A DNA stretch of 64,000 nucleotides from Chitinophaga pinensis (GTDB lineage Bacteria; Bacteroidota; Ignavibacteria; Kapaibacteriales; Kapaibacteriaceae): positions 2,325-66,324 of the forward strand of contig CALRYC010000004.1 of NCBI GenBank assembly GCA_943372295.1. The letters are read 5' to 3'. The notes under the pieces are model-generated. The model was not told where the DNA came from, searched no databases, and saw only the letters and a program-made list of their open reading frames with translations. Of the stretch, positions 37,801-46,530 are shown piece after piece. Position 1 is the first letter of the stretch. Each line of letters starts with the position of its first letter. A program made the translations under genes and the position numbers.

Positions 37801-39867
37801 AAGTATTCACCAACCGGTGTGCTTCCGTACACCGTGCCGCCAGGAGAGCGTGACACGGTTGTGCTGACGTTCTGCCCGCGCACGCCGGCGGATTCAACAC
37901 TCATGGAATGCCGCGCCGCGCTGCGCATCAAGGCATCGGGCTCGCAGTGGTCGAGCACGCTTGAGACATTCCTCGTCGGCAAGCGATCGCTCACCTTCCG
38001 TCCACGCCCCACCTCGGTGCAGTTCCCGTACGGAGTTGTCGATGTCACCAGTCCACAGATCCTCTCGGTGGTGCTGAAGATCCCCGACTTCCGTCTCAAC
38101 CCAAGTCAGGACCGGGTGGTAGTCGACTCCGTGACGTTCTTCCCGGACGAGCGCATCTTTACCGTCACCGCGCCGACAACCTGGCCGCAGACGATCGATC
38201 CCGGAGACTCGCTGGTCGTGCAGCTGCGGCAACGTCCGCGCGCGCCCCGTGACTACCGCACGCGAATGAAGTTCTGGTTCTCCACCCCCTGTGTGGGTTG
38301 GGATACGACGGTCCTGGTACGAGGAGGGGGCTTTGCGCAGACACGTGGCCTGCTGTTCAGCTTCGATGCACTGCGCCCACTGCCGGACACATTCCGCATG
38401 ATCTCCTGTGATACGCTGAATGTTCCGCTGTACAGTTCGATCAAGATCGATGCCTCTGTCGTTGATATCAAGATGCGCGTCGACTTTGATTCCTCGCAGC
38501 TGCGGCTACTGGACATTACCTCTACGCTTACCGGTAACGAATGCGTCTCCCAGACGGGTGGCGTCAAATTCCGTCCGTCGCTGTCTTTTGCTGCTTCGCC
38601 CTACGGGGGGCAGGCCGTGACGATGAAGAACTTCTGCGGCATTGATTCGACGAAACCTTTTGCCGTGCTGAGGTTCGTGACCACGAACAACAACAGGGCC
38701 AGCAGCAGGCTGACAATCGACAGTATCAACTTCGATACGGAGGATGTGATCCTCTATAAGCTGATCGCCACCGGTGACCGCGGAACGATCCTTGCGCTGA
38801 AGTCTGAGATCGCGATCTCGCAACCCGTCGCATTTGATTCGGTGCGCATCCTTGAATGCGCCGAGCGTTCGCTCACGGTGGTCAACACGGGTGACGTTCC
38901 GAATGCCGTCACCGAGCTTCTCGACCTTCCTCAGTACACCACACTGGTCGGCTCAGTGCCCCCGCTGGGGGACTCCGTCCGTCCGGGTGATTCGGTCGTT
39001 GTGACCCTCAGGTTCTGTCCACTCCGGGAGCAGTACTTCCAATCTGCTCCGCGCGTTGTCAGCGGCTACCCGTGTGACGTGCGCGACACGACAGATGCCG
39101 ATGGATGGGGCTATGCACCGGAGCTTGATGTGGCGCTTCTGCCAACGAGTCAGTTCTTCGTGCCGGCAACCTTTGCCGGGGCGATCGGTGATACGATCGA
39201 CGTTCCGGTCATGCTCGATAAGGATATCTCGGCAACGTACAATGGCGTTGAGTACTTCCTGAATGGATTGAACTTTGATCTAGCGGTAACATATGCGCCG
39301 CGCGCGCTGAAGTACATCGGACTGGTCTCGGCAGCCGAGCCGGCCAACACCACCGTGACGGACTCTCTGGGTCGGGTTGACATTGCGGTGCGCGGCGCCG
39401 ATACGCTTCGGTCAGGACCTCTTGCGACGCTGCGGTTTGTTGTTACCGTTCCCGACTCCGTCAACTCCAGCATCGACGTCACCTCGGGCGGATACACCTC
39501 GGATAGTCTGCAATTCCTCGACATCGTTCCGCGCTCTGGCGCATCACCGGTAAGCGTTGCCGGACGCTGCAACATCTCTGTTGTGAAGTTCGCCCCTACC
39601 GGACGTCCACGTATCCAGATCGCACCACAGCCGGCTGCCGATATGGCAACCGTCAGCTTCCGGATGCAGGAAACCGTGCCGGTGTTCCTCGACGTGGTGG
39701 ACCCGCGCGGCATGAACGTGCGAACGGTGCTCGATGGATCGGTGACGCTCTCCGGGGGCGAGTATTCGGTGCGGTTCGATACGGCAGATCTGCCGTCAGG
39801 TATGTACGTGCTGCGGATCACGGCGGGCGTGTTCGTTTCTTCCGTTCCGTTTGTGATCGCCAAGTAG
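34828..39867 (+). CDS. Giant T9SS cargo protein (1679 aa): LamG-like N-terminal domain, many ASH/choice-of-anchor-D-like Ig domains, two cohesin-like modules, T9SS C-terminal domain
   Basis: Start at ATG 34828 (signal LLAVLLATQASA-Q). LamG pattern LTFEMWAKIE...WRHIAVVFDG...VDEIRVWDRAL. Repeated FG-V-VG...L-V-N-S...pattern modules. Cohesin-like IGDTIDVPVMLDKD...LNFDLAVTY. C-terminus PQPAADMATVSF...LPSGMYVLRI. Confidence 0.85.
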   Translation: MTRNQLVTIGLLAVLLATQASAQFPASCDGRKDCIFNAVQFVTTSGRSQHFIELLKNPARARQSALTFEMWAKIEKQANQRQFLGGLWGPNSDFNDVFVVYIDSNDELVFEVNGDAGQLKSVDNTIVRTSAAGLYGAWRHIAVVFDGGTESASIFIDGTRAAGPVRNDQYPAAYLRGLDRPDLPFLIGSCNGVADNQNLFRTMKGLVDEIRVWDRALDESSIKCQMQRSLNGNEQGLRAYLRCNESAGNISSLCDATGNGHSGLLRSGASNLRSDRVVPRSLSVLPAAIKQDILCDTVAQWQFTIVDTAVCGSTANLVMRGPEASMFTITPSSVNLAGGTPQVVTVTFRGTLVGTFIDTLEIRPTNRCGLPNQQIRMELNRITETGVNRRGVLFDTLWVGCVDKTQIDSTIIVCNTSDQLGRPRPLTIRNTFTNEPKGFTVVGVSYPIVIQPGQCTTLVIRSFVRDTTADYRDTLRLVTDDQCQKTPVTIALTGRTQEVISVRNTSGSRRIDTMRFEAVCPGLLSNPQNYTWQNLTLSDIVIDTIIVPKDFTHYRIRFPFTLLPKTGYPFNSVRFLPRQPGIVFDSIIIKTRIQGCNIERKIYVTGRGLDNKVQWSVNGLVDFGDVLVGQQRTLSVRAKNTSKFDALTVSLYVQRGESFALLGGTSRTIQPGDSTTIPITFRPTDSLTYNDKLCLFENRCYVSDCIDLKGRGIMQIFRFQPLVMETQNVISCQTREDSVFIVNLTDSPRRIDSLQFVDQSGGRISIIDPPGPVTGTTRTIPPRDSIRFRTRYTPADPTRDRADRAYIRFRDESRAEWQVQLIATSVAPKLFVSQNTAFGTVEVGDRKTMQMIVENTSSLPVRVDSLTISPGFRIVSTSRAVPLTLAPRDSIRVDVEFAPDAARSFVGALTAHSSEPCTISGSGPLSGRGIIVKLESALSLVNFGYVRPCECIDRTIELLNGSLKFDMVVERVWIDSVGVPGGKPQFFNWKSKYSPTGVLPYTVPPGERDTVVLTFCPRTPADSTLMECRAALRIKASGSQWSSTLETFLVGKRSLTFRPRPTSVQFPYGVVDVTSPQILSVVLKIPDFRLNPSQDRVVVDSVTFFPDERIFTVTAPTTWPQTIDPGDSLVVQLRQRPRAPRDYRTRMKFWFSTPCVGWDTTVLVRGGGFAQTRGLLFSFDALRPLPDTFRMISCDTLNVPLYSSIKIDASVVDIKMRVDFDSSQLRLLDITSTLTGNECVSQTGGVKFRPSLSFAASPYGGQAVTMKNFCGIDSTKPFAVLRFVTTNNNRASSRLTIDSINFDTEDVILYKLIATGDRGTILALKSEIAISQPVAFDSVRILECAERSLTVVNTGDVPNAVTELLDLPQYTTLVGSVPPLGDSVRPGDSVVVTLRFCPLREQYFQSAPRVVSGYPCDVRDTTDADGWGYAPELDVALLPTSQFFVPATFAGAIGDTIDVPVMLDKDISATYNGVEYFLNGLNFDLAVTYAPRALKYIGLVSAAEPANTTVTDSLGRVDIAVRGADTLRSGPLATLRFVVTVPDSVNSSIDVTSGGYTSDSLQFLDIVPRSGASPVSVAGRCNISVVKFAPTGRPRIQIAPQPAADMATVSFRMQETVPVFLDVVDPRGMNVRTVLDGSVTLSGGEYSVRFDTADLPSGMYVLRITAGVFVSSVPFVIAK

Positions 39868-39871
39868 CCCC

Positions 39872-41068
39872 TTGCAGCACTTTGACGTCATTGTCCTCGG
39901 CGCCGGTGCTGCCGGTCTGATGTGTGCTGCGCGCGCGGCGTCAGGGGGCTGCAGGGTACTCGTACTCGAGCATAACGACCGTCCGGGCAAGAAGATCCGC
40001 ATCTCGGGTGGCGGCAGGTGCAACTTCACGAATCGGATCGTGACACATCGGAACATGATCAGCCAGAACGCGGAGTTTGCACGCTCGGCACTTTCCCGCT
40101 ACCGACCCGATGATTTCATTGCCCTTGTCGAGAGCTATGGCATTGCATGGCACGAGAAGAAACTCGGTCAGCTATTCTGCGACGGGTCGGCGCAGCAGAT
40201 CATCGATATGCTCGTGAGTGAGTGCCGACGCGCCAGCGCCGAGATCATATACGACAGCATCATCGGCTCGGTCTCGAAGAGCGATCGCTTCACGGTTGCC
40301 TACAACCTGTCGGGTCGGGCGGAGGTTGCCGAGTGCGACAACCTCGTTGTTGCCACCGGAGGGCTGAGCATTCCGTCGCTCGGCGCATCGGATCTCGGAT
40401 ACCGCATCGCACGGCAGTTCGATCATCCGATCGTCGACCCGTTGCCGGCGCTCGTGCCCCTGACCTTTGACGCGACGTATGCCGCCAGGTTCGCAGACCT
40501 CTCGGGCGTGGCACTCGAGGCTGAAGTGCGCACAACAAAGGCCACATTTCGCGAGAACATCCTGTTTACGCATCGCGGACTGAGCGGTCCGGCCATTCTG
40601 CAGATCTCGTCGTATCTGCGCGATGAGCCCGGCTTTGTGATCGACCTGCTTCCTGATGCCGATCCACGTGCGGTTGTGTCTGATTACCCGTCAGAGAAAC
40701 GTCAGCTGCGCTCGGTCCTGTCGCAGCATCTGCCGCAGCGACTTCTCGAGGTATGGGATGGCCCCCTGCTGACGCGTGCGGTGAACACCATAGCGCGACG
40801 TGATGTGGAGTCTCTGCTCACGTCGATGAAACAATGGCAGCTGACTCCTGCCGGCACCGAAGGATATGCCAAGGCCGAGGTTACCTCCGGCGGCGTGTGC
40901 ACTTCGCGGCTTTCATCCAAGACCATGCAAAGCAGCATCGTTGGCGGACTGGCCTTCATCGGCGAAGTTGTTGATGTAACGGGCTGGCTGGGCGGGTACA
41001 ACTTTCAGTGGGCATGGTCATCGGCCGTAGCCGCTGCCGATGGGATCAATCAGCGACGAGCCGGCTGA
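39872..41068 (+). CDS. HI0933/YhiN/BaiN-family NAD(P)/FAD-dependent oxidoreductase
   Basis: TTG start. FDVIVLGAGAAGLMCAA Rossmann motif, GKKIRISGGGRCNFTN, and C-terminal GEVVDVTGWLGGYNFQWAWSS. Confidence 0.85.
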   Translation: MQHFDVIVLGAGAAGLMCAARAASGGCRVLVLEHNDRPGKKIRISGGGRCNFTNRIVTHRNMISQNAEFARSALSRYRPDDFIALVESYGIAWHEKKLGQLFCDGSAQQIIDMLVSECRRASAEIIYDSIIGSVSKSDRFTVAYNLSGRAEVAECDNLVVATGGLSIPSLGASDLGYRIARQFDHPIVDPLPALVPLTFDATYAARFADLSGVALEAEVRTTKATFRENILFTHRGLSGPAILQISSYLRDEPGFVIDLLPDADPRAVVSDYPSEKRQLRSVLSQHLPQRLLEVWDGPLLTRAVNTIARRDVESLLTSMKQWQLTPAGTEGYAKAEVTSGGVCTSRLSSKTMQSSIVGGLAFIGEVVDVTGWLGGYNFQWAWSSAVAAADGINQRRAG

Positions 41069-44000
41069 GGCTGTTCATCTCCCAGGTGCGAGAAACATCG
41101 ATCATATCATGACCCTCTGCGGCGGCCTTGGTGAAAATCAGGCGCGTTCTTACACGCTCGCAGCCAGGCACGGCCTGCACGCATAGCCAAGCGTAGCTGC
41201 GCATCTGCGTGGCGTACGACTCGGCAACCTCGATGGTATGACGCGTAGAATGAACCACGTTGGTCTTCCAGTCCCAGATCTCCACGGTACCGTCGGTTGC
41301 CGTCAGCCTAACGTCGAGCACACCCTCGATAATGCTCTCTCCGTGCATTGCCGATAATGCTCCCTCCACAACTGACGTGCGAAGAGCCTCAGCATGCTGG
41401 CGAACCAGTGCATGGTCGACCACGGCCAGGACTTCGGCCGTGGCTTTCCGAGCCGTGTCACGGTCGAGGTCATGAGCCTTCATCACGCCCACGATGCGCT
41501 GCACGCTGTCCTGATCATCGAGCATTCCAACGCTGCGGATGATCTCGGCCAGTGCAGCATGGACCGCAGTTCCATAGGCCGTCGAAGCATTCTCGGAGCC
41601 AAGAATGCGACGTCGCACCGATGATATCCGTGCCGAGGCGCTCTTGTTAAGGGAACTGGCCGTCATGATCAGCGGCTGCGGCGCAACAAGGGGCTCTAGC
41701 GCAACGGTCGGGGGGCCTGTGGTGCGGCCGCTTGCTCGGTATGACCTGTGGTCGGCGTCTGCCGAACAGGCAACACGCGTCCATGGTCCTGCCTGCGCAG
41801 TCGCCGCATTCAGAATGCCGGTAAGCCCCTTGGTCGCATCTTTTACGTCGGCCGTGGGCAGACACAGAACCAGGTGCGCCTTGGCGCGCGTAAGGGCAAC
41901 GTAGAGAAGTCGACGCTGTTCGGCCTCGTCGCGCTCACGGTCGAGCTCCTGGTTCACAACGTGCGAGAGCGCAGATGGCCGTTCCACCACAGCACGGGCA
42001 TTGCCGGCAAGAACGATCTCCGAGGGCGTCTTGATGGTCGGCCCGATCTGATCGCTGATGAGAAAGGATTCAGTTCTGCTCGACGAGCCAAGATCGGCCA
42101 GCGCAACGATCGGGAACTCCAGCCCTTTTGATGCATGGATCGTCATCACGTGGATCGCATTGTCCGTACTGATCACCGTTGCTTCGGCTTCGAGGTCGCG
42201 CTCCGGTTCGCTGATCGCCGCGAGAACATCGGCCAGCGATGCCGAGCGGTTCTGCTCGGCACGGCGACAGATGTCGATCAACTTGTCGATGTTGACCACC
42301 ATCTGCGCGTAGCGTGCGTCGCGTGCCACAGCAGCATGCCACCGGCAATGATCGAGCATCGGCTCGATGACATCACTTACCGGTTGCACGGCGATAAGTG
42401 TGCGCACATGCGTGAAGAAGCCTACGGCAAAGACGGCCTCGGCGGATGCCTCGCCGGTCGAGACCAGGTCGGCAAGTCCATCCTGCAGGCTGCTCTTACG
42501 TCCACGCAGTGACGCTCTGACGATATCAATGTCTGGACACCGAAGAAGGGGCGAACGCAGCGCTGTGGCCGTGGCCAGGTCGTTGCGCGGATCAATCGCC
42601 GCACTGAGCGCCGCACGCACGTCGGCGATCTCGGGTCGAGAGAAGAACGACCTTCCGCCGCAGATGGTATAGGGCAGTCCGCACCGGCGCAGGGCGTCGG
42701 CAAGCTGACTCTTAGCGCTGTTGTTGCGAACCAGCACGGCAATGTCGCCGGGCCGGGCCCGACGGCTGGCAACGTGTTTTTCGAATACCTCAACTGCGCC
42801 ATCCTCATCGAGCATCTGAACCAGGTGCGCGGCAAGATGGTCGAACTCCGACGCTGCTTCGAGCGACTCGGGTGTTAGCTCGAGCACGCGCGTGGAGGAT
42901 AGTCGAGGCGAGGCTGTGCGCTGCACAGCTGCCGCAAGTGCCATGTAGGCCACGTCGAACGAGAGTTCGTCATCATCATCGGGCGCGTCGACCATGCCAA
43001 AGGCATGCTGGCAGATCGTGTTGACGCTGGAGGCAAGATCCTGATGCATGCGGTATGACTCCGTAAGCGGGCGCAGTCCGTCGTCATCGGCAGTAGTGGC
43101 GGCATTAGCGCGCCTGATCGAGCGTCGAGCGCGGCGAAACAGGCGGACGTCGGCGTTGCGAAATCCATAAATGCTCTGCTTGTCATCGCCCACCACAAAG
43201 ACGTTTGGTCCGGCGGGAGAGGCATCGCACAGAGCCGGAGCAAGAAGCTCGAGCAGTTGAAACTGCGTCGGGTCGGTGTCCTGAAACTCATCGATCATGA
43301 TGTGCGAGATCGAGCCTCGGATGACCTGAGCCACATCAGGGTTCGACAGCAGCATTGTGGCATCGTCGATCATATCGTCGAAGTCCATCACATTGCGTCG
43401 GCGCTTGATATCTGCATACTCCCGTGCGGCGCGTTCGGCAAGAACCGCAATGCCCTGCGTAACTGTCAGCTGGTGTTCCTCGGCTTCGACATCCCATGCT
43501 ATGCGGAGCATATCGGCGATCGACTGAAGCCCCTTATCCGGTTCATCCGGCAGTTCGAGCTGCTTGGAGTTCTTACTAAGCTTATCTTTTCGGATCGTCA
43601 ATTTCTTTGTGAACCATTCGCCGAGTGTTGACTCAAGATCCGCGCACGCGGCTGGGTCGCCCCCTGCAAGTAGACTGGCCTGTGCAGCGAGATTGCCACA
43701 AAGCGTGGCGATCTCCGGCACGTGCGTCCACGACTGCAGAAAGGTCATCAGTCCAACGGCCAGACGGTGCGCCTGACGCGTTCGTGCCTGCTGCACAAAG
43801 GTTAGCCGCCGCTGAAGGATCTGTTCTCTGGGTTCGGTCAGCACGCGTCCGAGCTTGCGTAGGTCGGCCGAGTTGCGGGCCAGTCTCTGAATGGTCGACT
43901 GAATGGTGCTGACCGTCAGAGCATCAAACACGGCCTGCACGCGGGGGTCGGACATTTGCTGGCCGACCAGGAAGTGCTGCATGGTTGCGTCGAGGGCTTC

Positions 44001-44441
44001 AAGCGTCAGCTCAGTGCAGAGACGCTCGTCGGCGTCCCGAACATCAGCCGAACGGCCGACCACGTCGGCATACTGCCGCACCAGAGCGGCGCAGAAGCTG
44101 TGAAATGTGCTGATGCGTGCCGAGCCGATCTGCATCAGCACACGTCGAAGTCGTGGCTCGACAACCGCACTGGGCATTTCGCCGAGGTAGGGGGCTGGAT
44201 CCTCCGTCCCCTGAAGAATTGCGTCGATCAGGTGGTGCAGGCGCTGACGCATTTCCATGGCAGCAGCGCGCGTAAAGGTGATTGCTACTACGGCATCTAT
44301 GTTGACGTTCTCAACCACCAAGATGCGCAGCAGACGCTGCACGAGAACCTGTGTCTTACCGGCACCGGCATTTGCCAGAACGGCGCAGTGAACGTGCGTG
44401 TCGAGGGCGGCCTTCTGCTGGGCATTCATGCTGCCGATCAA
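41046..44441 (-). CDS. UvrD/AddA-type superfamily-1 helicase with C-terminal PD-(D/E)XK nuclease domain
   Basis: 1131 aa. Walker A ANAGAGKTQVL, DEFQDT (motif II), VMTIHASKGLEFP, LYVALTRAK. C-terminal DVRLTATDGTVEIWDWKT is nuclease-like. The 3' end overlaps the convergent upstream gene by 23 nt. Confidence 0.85.
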   Translation of the reverse strand: MIGSMNAQQKAALDTHVHCAVLANAGAGKTQVLVQRLLRILVVENVNIDAVVAITFTRAAAMEMRQRLHHLIDAILQGTEDPAPYLGEMPSAVVEPRLRRVLMQIGSARISTFHSFCAALVRQYADVVGRSADVRDADERLCTELTLEALDATMQHFLVGQQMSDPRVQAVFDALTVSTIQSTIQRLARNSADLRKLGRVLTEPREQILQRRLTFVQQARTRQAHRLAVGLMTFLQSWTHVPEIATLCGNLAAQASLLAGGDPAACADLESTLGEWFTKKLTIRKDKLSKNSKQLELPDEPDKGLQSIADMLRIAWDVEAEEHQLTVTQGIAVLAERAAREYADIKRRRNVMDFDDMIDDATMLLSNPDVAQVIRGSISHIMIDEFQDTDPTQFQLLELLAPALCDASPAGPNVFVVGDDKQSIYGFRNADVRLFRRARRSIRRANAATTADDDGLRPLTESYRMHQDLASSVNTICQHAFGMVDAPDDDDELSFDVAYMALAAAVQRTASPRLSSTRVLELTPESLEAASEFDHLAAHLVQMLDEDGAVEVFEKHVASRRARPGDIAVLVRNNSAKSQLADALRRCGLPYTICGGRSFFSRPEIADVRAALSAAIDPRNDLATATALRSPLLRCPDIDIVRASLRGRKSSLQDGLADLVSTGEASAEAVFAVGFFTHVRTLIAVQPVSDVIEPMLDHCRWHAAVARDARYAQMVVNIDKLIDICRRAEQNRSASLADVLAAISEPERDLEAEATVISTDNAIHVMTIHASKGLEFPIVALADLGSSSRTESFLISDQIGPTIKTPSEIVLAGNARAVVERPSALSHVVNQELDRERDEAEQRRLLYVALTRAKAHLVLCLPTADVKDATKGLTGILNAATAQAGPWTRVACSADADHRSYRASGRTTGPPTVALEPLVAPQPLIMTASSLNKSASARISSVRRRILGSENASTAYGTAVHAALAEIIRSVGMLDDQDSVQRIVGVMKAHDLDRDTARKATAEVLAVVDHALVRQHAEALRTSVVEGALSAMHGESIIEGVLDVRLTATDGTVEIWDWKTNVVHSTRHTIEVAESYATQMRSYAWLCVQAVPGCERVRTRLIFTKAAAEGHDMIDVSRTWEMNSLSRLVAD

Positions 44442-44447
44442 CCCTTC

Positions 44448-45716
44448 TCAGGAGCGTTCCGACGATGGACGCATCGTGCAGGTGCTCCAGGCCAAGGGCT
44501 GACAATACAGGTGCGCCAAACGTGCGACATCGTCTCGCGTTACTGCCTCGAAGGCTTCGATCGTCTCGCGCGGATCCTCGGGACGTGACTGTTCCATGAC
44601 GCCTTTGCCGAGCATGGTCATGCGCGCCGTGAGCGACTCGAGGGACATCAGCTTTCCGGCCCGCAGCTGCGCCAAGGCGCGTCGATGCTCGGCCGTAGTT
44701 ATGCCATTATCGGCGATCTCCTGGAGCACGCGCCGGATGCCACGCTCGGCCTTGATGATGTTCTGTTCGTCGACCCCTGCATAGATGGCCATGATGCCGC
44801 AATCGGCAAACAGCTGCAGCTGCGAGTACACGGAATAGGTCAGTCCCGAAGACTCGCGCAGGCGAACATTCAGACGTGACGACATGCCATCACCCAGCAC
44901 AACGTTCAGCACCTGCAGAGCAAAACGGTCATTGTGACGGCAGCCCACCGTTGGAACCTGCCACAGAAGGTGTGCCTGTTGCGACGGCCGCAGAAGTTCG
45001 ATGTGCGTGGCTGCGCGCACCGTTGGTGTACTTCGTCTCGGAAGGGGCTGCTTCTTCCTTGCAGTCTTCGTCAGGCGCGCGATGCGCGACTGCAGTTCAT
45101 CAGAGTCGCACCGGCCGCTGATGGCGATCGTGATACTCCCGGCATGATAGTGCTGTGCATGAAAGTCTCGCACTTGCTGATGTTTAATCGACCGAACATC
45201 GTCGATCGTACCAACGATCGGCGAGCCGATCGGATGTCTCGGGAAGAGCTGCGTCTCACCGAGGTCGAAGATGTGCTCCTCCGGCTCGTCTTCGTAAGAG
45301 CGGATCTCTTCGGTGATGATCGAGCGCTCCTTTTCAACATCGTCCTTTTCAAACGTGGGCCAAAGCACCACGTCGAGCAGCGTATCAAGCACCTCGTCGA
45401 TATGCTCACTTAGTGTACGAACGTAATAGCATGTTTCTTCCTTGGTGGTGTAGGCGTTGGCATACGCGCCACGATTTTCGAAATCCCGTGAGATCTTTGA
45501 TGCCGTGCGATGGCGCGTGCGCCGAAACGACGTGTGCTCAACAAAGTGTGCAGCACCACGCTGCCCACGTGGCTCATCGCGCGTGCCCACACGCACCCAT
45601 ACGCCGATGGCTGCCGAGTCGACATGGCCTACAGGATCGCAGATAACGCGAATGCCGTTGGGAAGAATGATGTCGTCAGGAGGCGTCCATACCGAATGCG
45701 CGCGGGAGCGGTTCAT
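44448..45716 (-). CDS. M16-family (pitrilysin/insulinase-like) zinc peptidase
   Basis: 422 aa. GAAHFVEHTSF carries the inverted HxxEH zinc motif. Confidence 0.85.
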   Translation of the reverse strand: MNRSRAHSVWTPPDDIILPNGIRVICDPVGHVDSAAIGVWVRVGTRDEPRGQRGAAHFVEHTSFRRTRHRTASKISRDFENRGAYANAYTTKEETCYYVRTLSEHIDEVLDTLLDVVLWPTFEKDDVEKERSIITEEIRSYEDEPEEHIFDLGETQLFPRHPIGSPIVGTIDDVRSIKHQQVRDFHAQHYHAGSITIAISGRCDSDELQSRIARLTKTARKKQPLPRRSTPTVRAATHIELLRPSQQAHLLWQVPTVGCRHNDRFALQVLNVVLGDGMSSRLNVRLRESSGLTYSVYSQLQLFADCGIMAIYAGVDEQNIIKAERGIRRVLQEIADNGITTAEHRRALAQLRAGKLMSLESLTARMTMLGKGVMEQSRPEDPRETIEAFEAVTRDDVARLAHLYCQPLAWSTCTMRPSSERS

Positions 45717-45738
45717 GGCGGCGAAGATACGCCTGAAA

Positions 45739-46530
45739 TCAGCGCTGATGTTGCCAGCAGAAGCCGCTCGGGTCCTTAATCATGCGCGAGCACCGCTTGC
45801 CTTTGGCGGTTGTGCCCCCGCACTGCACTGAAGCACCTACGGAAGGTGACGACTCCTGCTTCGGGGCATCCACTCTGGCATCCGGGGATTGTACGGTAAC
45901 GTTTGCCGGCCGCGTGGTGACCGAGATATCCGTCACGGGGTGGATCTCCCAGGGTGAACCACGCCAGATCTTGGCATTCCCGGATCCGGCAGATTCGTCG
46001 GCATGCAGATCATCGTAAAACACCCAGCCCCGCAGCTTCACCCAGCGGCCAAGAAACCGGTCGCGCAGGGCCTGGTTCGACCAGTCGATGCCGCGCTCCT
46101 TCATTGCCTGACGGAAACGTGGGGTGACCTCCACGACAAGGAGCTTGGTGGCGTTCTGTGCATACATAGGGTCGAGCGTAAGCTCGATGTGCGTGTCTCG
46201 GTGCCAGTGATCCTTTGCCCCGCAGTTGACGCTTTCGACCGAGCCGATCTTGACATCGGCGCAGTAGGCTACGATCTCCGCGGCATCTCCCTCCCGAAAG
46301 TTCCGCGGGTTCTCACCGGCCATCAGCAGGGTGTTGAAGGTAATGGCCGTGTTGATCTGCGCGTCGGTAGGGAATCCCTCGCGGTTCTTCTTGCGGTTGA
46401 GCGCGCGCACGTCGCTGCGCTTTGCGCTGCCCTCGGCGCCGCAGGTGTCGAAGGTCGACTGCGACAGCAGGGGCAGCGGTGCCGAGCAGAGAACCGTCAG
46501 CGCACTGATCAAGTACCATAGCTGCTTCAT
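45739..46530 (-). CDS. Hypothetical secreted protein with C-terminal Cys/His cluster
   Basis: Start at ATG 46530 ([24 protein letters not shown] signal), an ATGA overlap with the pyrC stop. C-terminus [25 protein letters not shown] (C-X9-C-X10-C-X2-H). Confidence 0.6.
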   Translation of the reverse strand: MKQLWYLISALTVLCSAPLPLLSQSTFDTCGAEGSAKRSDVRALNRKKNREGFPTDAQINTAITFNTLLMAGENPRNFREGDAAEIVAYCADVKIGSVESVNCGAKDHWHRDTHIELTLDPMYAQNATKLLVVEVTPRFRQAMKERGIDWSNQALRDRFLGRWVKLRGWVFYDDLHADESAGSGNAKIWRGSPWEIHPVTDISVTTRPANVTVQSPDARVDAPKQESSPSVGASVQCGGTTAKGKRCSRMIKDPSGFCWQHQR

